In this document: in pieces, positions 37,359-43,096 of the stretch | How the letters are laid out: each line of letters starts with the position of its first letter | Numbering within the stretch: position 1 is the stretch's first letter | NCBI GenBank assembly: GCA_044341785.1 | Contig: JBIIRB010000003.1 | Coordinates: 1 to 43,096 of the forward strand | Direction: 5' to 3' | Source: Bacilli bacterium | Lineage (GTDB): Bacteria; Bacillota_I; Bacilli_A; RFN20; CAG-826 | Length of the DNA: 43,096 nt | Made by a program: the position numbers and the translations under genes | The notes under the pieces: model-generated | What the model saw: the letters and a program-made list of their open reading frames with translations, nothing else | The model's database searches: none | What the model was told of the DNA's origin: nothing

Positions 37359-39206
37359 ATGAAATTTATTAACACCCCAGGACCCTTCCTAAGAGATAAA
37401 CAAGCGAGTGTCAAACGCGACATGTTGGCTTACACGCTCGCGTTAAGTGTGGTTTGGATTTTTGCGATGGTTTATCAAGGGCTCGTTTTAGGACCTCGTT
37501 ATGCATTAGCCATTTTCATGATCATGCTGATTGCGCATGTCACGACATTACTCGCTGATATTTTAGTCGCGTTGTTACGCTATCAACCCTCGATGGGATC
37601 TCTCGGCAAACACGTGTTTCATGTTATTGGTGGCAATTATTCTTATGTGACGGCTACCTTGTTTGCCTTAATTATTCCTGTCGGCACACCGATGTATGCT
37701 GTGATTACCGGTGCATTATTTTCAACGTTACTGGTCAAATACGCGTTTGGTGGTTTTGGGGCCAATATTTTTAACCCTGCTATCTTTGGACGATTATTTG
37801 TAAGTATGGCCTTTGGATCATTACCCACCTTTCTACCGGGCGATACCTTCGCGTCGATTCCAACGTTAACCGAAACGGGTGCCACGATTACGTCGGCGTT
37901 AAACGCCCAAGGCTGGTTAGTGGATTCGCTGGAAGGGATGAATGTCAGTTTAAACAATTTGTTACTTGGGTTTTATTCGGGTGCGATTGGAGAAACGCCG
38001 ACCCTTTTAATTCTAGTGTTAGGTGCGATTTTAACTATTAAAAATGTTCATAATTGGCGTCCTACGGTGTTTTTCTATTCAACAATAATATTAACCACCC
38101 TCATCATGGGTTCGTTAGGTGGCGTCGATCCTTGGATGTTTTCGCTGATCTTTTTTTCCTCAGGATCAATCGCGTTTGGGGGTTCATTCATGCTAACGGA
38201 TCCTGTTACCTCACCCACGTCTAATTTTGGAAAATCACTCATCGGTGTCATCGCTGGATTTTTAGTGGTGTTAATTCGTTTTCAAACTCCTAACCCAGAA
38301 GCGGTTGCTTATGCAATTGCTCTCGTGAATATCATTTCACCGTCGATTGATCGACTCGCTACGGGACTCATTAATCAAAATCTCTTAGGTAAATGGGGCG
38401 TGATTGGTGCGACTGCGTTAGCCTCGTTTGGCATCAACGGATCATTAGTCTTGGCGAGTCTTGATGCTAGTGAATCAAGTTCGGTTTCAAGCAGTTCATC
38501 AGCCTCAGAATCAAGTTCAGAACCGGTCACCTACTTTAAAACATTCACAGGAACGGCAACGAACGGCAATTGTGCCAATGATGATGAAAATTGCACGGAT
38601 GCGGTTTACCATGACGATACGATTGTCGTTGATATCCACGTGAATGAATCCTATCAAATTCAAGCCATTGATGTGACGGGAACTGTCACCACCTCCGGTT
38701 ATTGGCGAACACAATGGAACAACCAAATTGTTGGGCTCCTTGAAGCCTATGGTGCCCTAAGCATTCAAGGCATTCAACAATTGGATGCGTTAGCCTTACC
38801 TTCCGAACTCAATATTTTGAATGTGACTAATTCTTCCATTCGCCTTGCCACGGCTCTCCAAGATGCCCTCCAAGATGTCGAGGTGAATGAAGGTCAATTT
38901 ACGTCCATCATTCCTGACCACCCTGAGTTGGGTGAATACACGATGAACGTTTTGGTTTATGTTGAGGATGGCACGATTGCAGCCATTGATCTAGCCTTAG
39001 ATGGCCAAGTGAGTGATCATCAACCGTACATCGACACGTGGGTGGCAGGATACGAGGACTTAGTGAACGCTTATCAAGGTTATGATGTGCAATCTTTCTT
39101 AGCGCTTGTAGAGATGCCTAATGATTTCACCACGGTCGGAGTCACGGTCAGTAGTTCGCGTTTATTTCAAGCCATTCAACACGCCCTTGCAGGTTATGGA
39201 GGTTAA
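37359..39206 (+). CDS. rnfD: Rnf subunit D fused to a Ser-rich linker and two FMN-binding-like domains
   Basis: FGGFGANIFNPA, TGAT, GAIGET, FMLTDPVTSP; roughly 250-aa C-terminal extension. Confidence 0.88.
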   Translation: MKFINTPGPFLRDKQASVKRDMLAYTLALSVVWIFAMVYQGLVLGPRYALAIFMIMLIAHVTTLLADILVALLRYQPSMGSLGKHVFHVIGGNYSYVTATLFALIIPVGTPMYAVITGALFSTLLVKYAFGGFGANIFNPAIFGRLFVSMAFGSLPTFLPGDTFASIPTLTETGATITSALNAQGWLVDSLEGMNVSLNNLLLGFYSGAIGETPTLLILVLGAILTIKNVHNWRPTVFFYSTIILTTLIMGSLGGVDPWMFSLIFFSSGSIAFGGSFMLTDPVTSPTSNFGKSLIGVIAGFLVVLIRFQTPNPEAVAYAIALVNIISPSIDRLATGLINQNLLGKWGVIGATALASFGINGSLVLASLDASESSSVSSSSSASESSSEPVTYFKTFTGTATNGNCANDDENCTDAVYHDDTIVVDIHVNESYQIQAIDVTGTVTTSGYWRTQWNNQIVGLLEAYGALSIQGIQQLDALALPSELNILNVTNSSIRLATALQDALQDVEVNEGQFTSIIPDHPELGEYTMNVLVYVEDGTIAAIDLALDGQVSDHQPYIDTWVAGYEDLVNAYQGYDVQSFLALVEMPNDFTTVGVTVSSSRLFQAIQHALAGYGG

Positions 39207-39208
39207 GT

Positions 39209-39841
39209 ATGAATGACCCTATTCAATTAAATCCCAAACTACCTGAAGTGAATGCGACAAAGAAAACGATTCATTTAACGACGTTTTTAGGAGGCATTTG
39301 TTTACTTGCCACGGCAGCGTTAGCCTCAGTCAATGCATGGACGGCACCGATCATCGCTCAACGAGAAGAGGACACACGTCAAGCAGGGTATTTAGCGTTA
39401 CTCGATTTAGAATCAAGCTCGGGATACAACATTGATCAAACGGAAGCCATTAGTTCATCACTATCGACGGTTGGGGTGACAAAGATGACCATTTTTTATG
39501 AAGAAAATACCGTCAATGTTTTTGGTTTGATTTACGATGTCAGCACAACGGGATGGGAAGCAGGTTTAAATTTCCAAGTCGGTTTCAAAGCAGGTTTATA
39601 TTCTGGTTTTAATAATGTATCCAATGGAGAAACTCCCAATATTGGTCGCATTTTTATCAACGATTTTGATGCAATCTTAACCGGATTATCTGCCGATGAT
39701 ATTAGCGTGGTGAATGATGCCGTCAATGCTTATTTAACTTCACGAACGTTATCGTTAACGTTTGCCAATGTCACGCGTGAGGTTATTGTGGATGCCTTAG
39801 AGGTCATGGCCCAAGATTATTTAGGGAGGATTGCTTCATGA
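39209..39841 (+). CDS. rnfG: Divergent Rnf subunit G
   Basis: FLGGIC...LASVNAWTAPII N-terminus, GW..G, ETPNIG; position in rnfCDGEA order; no TGAT motif. Confidence 0.75.
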   Translation: MNDPIQLNPKLPEVNATKKTIHLTTFLGGICLLATAALASVNAWTAPIIAQREEDTRQAGYLALLDLESSSGYNIDQTEAISSSLSTVGVTKMTIFYEENTVNVFGLIYDVSTTGWEAGLNFQVGFKAGLYSGFNNVSNGETPNIGRIFINDFDAILTGLSADDISVVNDAVNAYLTSRTLSLTFANVTREVIVDALEVMAQDYLGRIAS

Positions 39842-40470
39842 AAAGTTCCAAATTGAAACTTGTGTTTCAATCCGCCATTACCAATAACACGACTTTTTCA
39901 ATGATGTTAGGTTTATGTTCCGTGCTTGCTTCATCCAATTCATTATCGACCTCGGTCGGTATGGGTGTGGCCGTTATCATCGTCATCATGATCACCAACA
40001 TGCTCGTAAGTGCCGTTCGTAAAATTACTCCTGATGAAATTCGCATACCCGTATATATTGTTTTAATTGCATCCGTGGTGACCATCATCCAAATGCTCAT
40101 GCAAGCGTTTACGCCTCAATTAGCCATGAGTCTAGGTGTTTATTTACCGCTCATCGTCGTGAACTGCATCATTATGGCGCGTGCTGAAGTATTTGCTTCT
40201 CGCAATGGCGTATTGGATTCTTTATTCGATGGACTTGGAACCGGTTTAGGTTATTTTTTGTCGATTATTGTGATCTCGCTGGTGCGTGAAATCATAGGGA
40301 CTGGAATCTTACAATTCGTCGAACCCTTTGGTAACACAGAACTTTTCAATGTGCGGATTATCCCCCAAGAATTTGCCTTATCCATTCTGGTAACACCGAC
40401 AGGCGCTTTCATCACGATAGGATTACTCCTTGCCCTCGTCAATGCGATTGCCAAACGAAAGGATGGATAA
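39838..40470 (+). CDS. rnfE: Rnf subunit E
   Basis: LGLCSVLA, IRIPVYI, PLIVVNCII..RAE, REIIG. Confidence 0.94.
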   Translation: MKSSKLKLVFQSAITNNTTFSMMLGLCSVLASSNSLSTSVGMGVAVIIVIMITNMLVSAVRKITPDEIRIPVYIVLIASVVTIIQMLMQAFTPQLAMSLGVYLPLIVVNCIIMARAEVFASRNGVLDSLFDGLGTGLGYFLSIIVISLVREIIGTGILQFVEPFGNTELFNVRIIPQEFALSILVTPTGAFITIGLLLALVNAIAKRKDG

Positions 40471-40473
40471 ACC

Positions 40474-41049
40474 ATGGAATTATTAGGTCTTGCGATTTCG
40501 GCAATCTTTGTTTCCAATATCGCTTTAGTTCGCTTCTTAGGTATTTGTCCGTTTCTGGGTGTTTCCAAAAATACCGAGAACGCGATTGGAATGGCTTTTG
40601 CTGCTGTGTTTGTGATTTTCTTTGCCTCCATCATCTCTTACACGGTGCATTACCTGGTTTTAGAACCTTTAAACTTGGCTTATCTTGATTTATTAGCGTT
40701 TATATTAATCATTGCCGCATTCGTTCAATTTGTCGAAATGTTCATGAAGAAGTTCCTGGTTGGTTTATACAAATCGTTAGGCATTTATTTACCGTTGATC
40801 ACGACGAATTGTGTGGTCTTGGGTGTTGCATTAGAAAACATCACCATGCAACTCGACTTTTGGGAAATGCTCGTGTATTCCTTGGCAGTTTCGGTTGGAT
40901 TTGCTATGATTTTAGTGGTCTTCTCCGTGATTCGTGAACGGCTTGCCGCGCTCAACCGCATTCCTAAACCGTTCCGCGGTTCTGCAATTGCGTTCATCAT
41001 CACCGGATTGATGGCTATGGCCTTTATGGGCTTTGGAGGATTAGTATAA
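40474..41049 (+). CDS. rnfA: Rnf subunit A
   Basis: FLGICPFLGVS, LGIYLPLITTNC, IRER, MAFMGF. Confidence 0.95.
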   Translation: MELLGLAISAIFVSNIALVRFLGICPFLGVSKNTENAIGMAFAAVFVIFFASIISYTVHYLVLEPLNLAYLDLLAFILIIAAFVQFVEMFMKKFLVGLYKSLGIYLPLITTNCVVLGVALENITMQLDFWEMLVYSLAVSVGFAMILVVFSVIRERLAALNRIPKPFRGSAIAFIITGLMAMAFMGFGGLV

Positions 41050-41051
41050 AT

Positions 41052-41261
41052 ATGGATTTATCATCATTACCTGAATGGTTACGCTTAACGCTTGGTTTTG
41101 GCTTAATCGGAATTTTACTTGCCTTTTTTACATGGGCCACAGTGACCAATGCTAAAACAGAAAAACCTGATAATTGTAAAACGGTGGATTCCGGATGCTG
41201 TGGCAATACCGGTGCATGTAGCTGGGATAGTAAATTAAACGCAGTCAGTAAAGGAAAATAA
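41052..41261 (+). CDS. Small single-TM protein with a 4-Cys tail
   Basis: Fills the gap between rnfA and rnfB; GGAGG upstream; CKTVDSGCCGNTGAC. Confidence 0.7.
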   Translation: MDLSSLPEWLRLTLGFGLIGILLAFFTWATVTNAKTEKPDNCKTVDSGCCGNTGACSWDSKLNAVSKGK

Positions 41262-41266
41262 TATCG

Positions 41267-41581
41267 ATGGAAATCATCCACGCAGTGATGGTGATGATGC
41301 TTCTAGGGGCAACGCTTGGTTTAGTCTTAGGCGTATCATCAAAGCTGTTGATGGTCCACATCGATTCGCGTGAAGAAACATTGGAAGCGATGCTACCTGG
41401 TTTAGATTGTGGTGCGTGTGGTCACCCTGGTTGTAAAGGGATGACGCTAGCCCTCTTATCAGGAAAAGAATTCAAAGTTTCTGTATGTAAACCATCGAAA
41501 CTTGAACAACGACTGTCCATCCAAAAATATTTAGCAGAACATCCCGGACCTGACGGTAAAACGCTTCACGTTGAGGCGTAG
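41267..41581 (+). CDS. rnfB: Truncated RnfB (TM anchor and first Fe-S domain only)
   Basis: LPGLDCGACGHPGC...VCKP; 104 aa; no ferredoxin-type motifs. Confidence 0.8.
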   Translation: MEIIHAVMVMMLLGATLGLVLGVSSKLLMVHIDSREETLEAMLPGLDCGACGHPGCKGMTLALLSGKEFKVSVCKPSKLEQRLSIQKYLAEHPGPDGKTLHVEA

Positions 41582-41592
41582 GTGTTGAGATT

Positions 41593-41967
41593 GTGATGAG
41601 ACCCTTTTCACTTCATAAAACTTCTTTTGACGTTTATGCCTTTGCTATTTTAATTATCTTTACTTCACTCATCGTCGTGTGGACGAATGTCTATAATCGT
41701 CCGTTAGGTGCGCTTTACGCGAATGTGTACATTGAGACTGAACAAGTTGAATCCTTATCGCTATCCGTGGATCAAGAAGTGACGTTTTTTCAAGAGGATT
41801 ATCCAGTGTTATTAGGCGACATCACCCTTGAAATCATGTCACGTCGTGTCCGCATCAAAGAAGAAGTTTCACCACTTCATTATTGTTCACTGCAAGGTTG
41901 GATTGATCAACCAGGTTTACCCATCGTCTGTGCGCCTAATCAATTTTTAGTGGTCATCGAGGCCTAG
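41593..41967 (+). CDS. NusG domain II-containing exported protein
   Basis: N-terminal TM; SPLHYCSLQGWIDQPGLPIVCAPN. Confidence 0.8.
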   Translation: MMRPFSLHKTSFDVYAFAILIIFTSLIVVWTNVYNRPLGALYANVYIETEQVESLSLSVDQEVTFFQEDYPVLLGDITLEIMSRRVRIKEEVSPLHYCSLQGWIDQPGLPIVCAPNQFLVVIEA

Positions 41968-41968
41968 C

Positions 41969-42487
41969 ATGAATCGTCAACGCATTCTTCAATTAACACG
42001 GTTATCCGTCCTCCTTGCCATGGGGGTCATCCTCAATTACATTGAAACCTTTTTTATTCCGACGGCTTTTATTGCTCCTGGTATTAAACTTGGCTTAGCC
42101 AACGGCGTCGGATTAATTGTGCTATATTATTTTGGCGATACCGAGTTTTTAACGATTGGTGTTTTACGCGTCATCTTATCGGGTTTATTCACCGGATTTG
42201 GTTTTGCTTTTTTAATTGGGTTAAGTGGTTTTTTTGTCAGTGCATTGATGGTGATCATCGCTAAATATTTTCACTTATTTTCCATTTTTGGTTTATCGAT
42301 GATCGCGGCGGTTTTTCATGGGTTTGGTCAAATCTTGATGGTAACCTATTTATATGAATCCATTTATATGTTGAACTATTTACCCATTCTCATGGTGACC
42401 GGTCTCATCGCAGGTTTATTCATCGCTTGGATTGCCAAAGAAGTTTTAGAACGGTTGCGACTCTCTAGTCGATTACTTGAGGAATGA
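41969..42487 (+). CDS. Gx transporter / heptaprenyl-PP synthase component I family membrane protein
   Basis: PGIKLGLAN, LRV, S..G.S...AVFH..GQ. Confidence 0.82.
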   Translation: MNRQRILQLTRLSVLLAMGVILNYIETFFIPTAFIAPGIKLGLANGVGLIVLYYFGDTEFLTIGVLRVILSGLFTGFGFAFLIGLSGFFVSALMVIIAKYFHLFSIFGLSMIAAVFHGFGQILMVTYLYESIYMLNYLPILMVTGLIAGLFIAWIAKEVLERLRLSSRLLEE

Positions 42488-42489
42488 GT

Positions 42490-43096
42490 ATGAAAACCTG
42501 GATGCAGATGCTTTATAAAATTTTAAAACCACAAGAATGGTTGATCGTGCTGGTGTCTTTACTCATCTCAGGAATGATTGTCTCCTCGGTGATTGGGTTG
42601 CCGAGTGCTTCCATCTCCGAAACGTTAGCGTATGAACATATCGGTTATGCGATTCGCATTGAAACGACCACACAAAAAAAAGTGACACCTTTTTATACGA
42701 TTTTCCAAGTGGTTTATGAAAAGCAACGTCCCAAAGTTGAAATCGATCGGGTGAAAACGATTGTTGAAACGATGATTCCTACCTTGCACCAATTGGCGGA
42801 TCGTCACCATGATTTTTATGCAGATGAAACTAAAACAACCTTGGTCAATAACATCAAGCGGGTGAATGAAACGCTCGCGACTGGTGAACCGATTACCATT
42901 GATTTTCATTTATATGAAATGCTACGGGTAGGTATCGAAATGGGGAAACTCACCCAAGGACAATTTAATATGTTCATCGGAGAACTTTCGGCGTTTTGGG
43001 ATGACCTGATTGATGATCCTGATTATGGGCTTAACGTGCAATCATGGGACCCTTTTTATAATGAAGATGCGCAAGCAGACCTCAATCATTACTTAA
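42490..43096 (+). CDS. apbE: FAD:protein FMN transferase ApbE (3'-truncated by window; not in ORF track)
   Basis: Open frame to the window end; N-terminal TM; NNIKRVN...GEPITIDFHLYEML...TQGQFNMFIGELSAFW; rnf/NusG-II context. Confidence 0.75.
   Translation, partial: MKTWMQMLYKILKPQEWLIVLVSLLISGMIVSSVIGLPSASISETLAYEHIGYAIRIETTTQKKVTPFYTIFQVVYEKQRPKVEIDRVKTIVETMIPTLHQLADRHHDFYADETKTTLVNNIKRVNETLATGEPITIDFHLYEMLRVGIEMGKLTQGQFNMFIGELSAFWDDLIDDPDYGLNVQSWDPFYNEDAQADLNHYL

Noticed and set aside
1128-42909. Numerous 60-130 aa antisense or alternative-frame ORFs inside long genes
   Set aside because: They overlap well-supported CDSs, show no recognisable motifs, and are expected as shadow ORFs
1-43096. 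CRISPR arrays, IS elements, prophage genes, rRNA
   Set aside because: No regularly spaced repeats, transposase/integrase motifs or rRNA-like sequence seen by eye

Overview
Gene-dense, AT-rich chromosomal window read in genetic code 11 (TGG=Trp, TGA used as stop). Gene content and style suggest a small-genome Bacillota/Mollicutes-related bacterium; this is an inference. In order: the 3' end of gltX with tRNA-Glu(CTC); a LacI-controlled beta-1,2-glucan catabolic operon (glucoamylase-like/GH144-related, GH13, LacI, GH3, GH94); a large Pro/acid-rich membrane protein; tdk; two CNNM/HlyC genes; an SDR; an ABC-F; gmk; pdhABCD and lplA; an 8-gene Tad/type IV filament-like operon headed by a sigma70-region-4-like HTH gene and ending in a 46-aa pilin-like ORF missed by the ORF track; tRNA-Asn and tRNA-Glu(TTC); a decayed MFS pseudogene; PfpI; two photolyase/cryptochrome genes (DASH-like and FeS-BCP type) divergent from ribD-ribBA, each with one catalytically eroded half; GDPD; and a remodelled rnfCDGEA-x-B operon followed by NusG-II, Gx-transporter and apbE genes. 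Best candidates for undescribed systems: (1) the half-inactivated rib module beside the photolyases, (2) the rewired Rnf, (3) the minimal Tad-like pilus operon. No mobile element or CRISPR array was seen. All family calls come from motif recognition by eye, with no database search.
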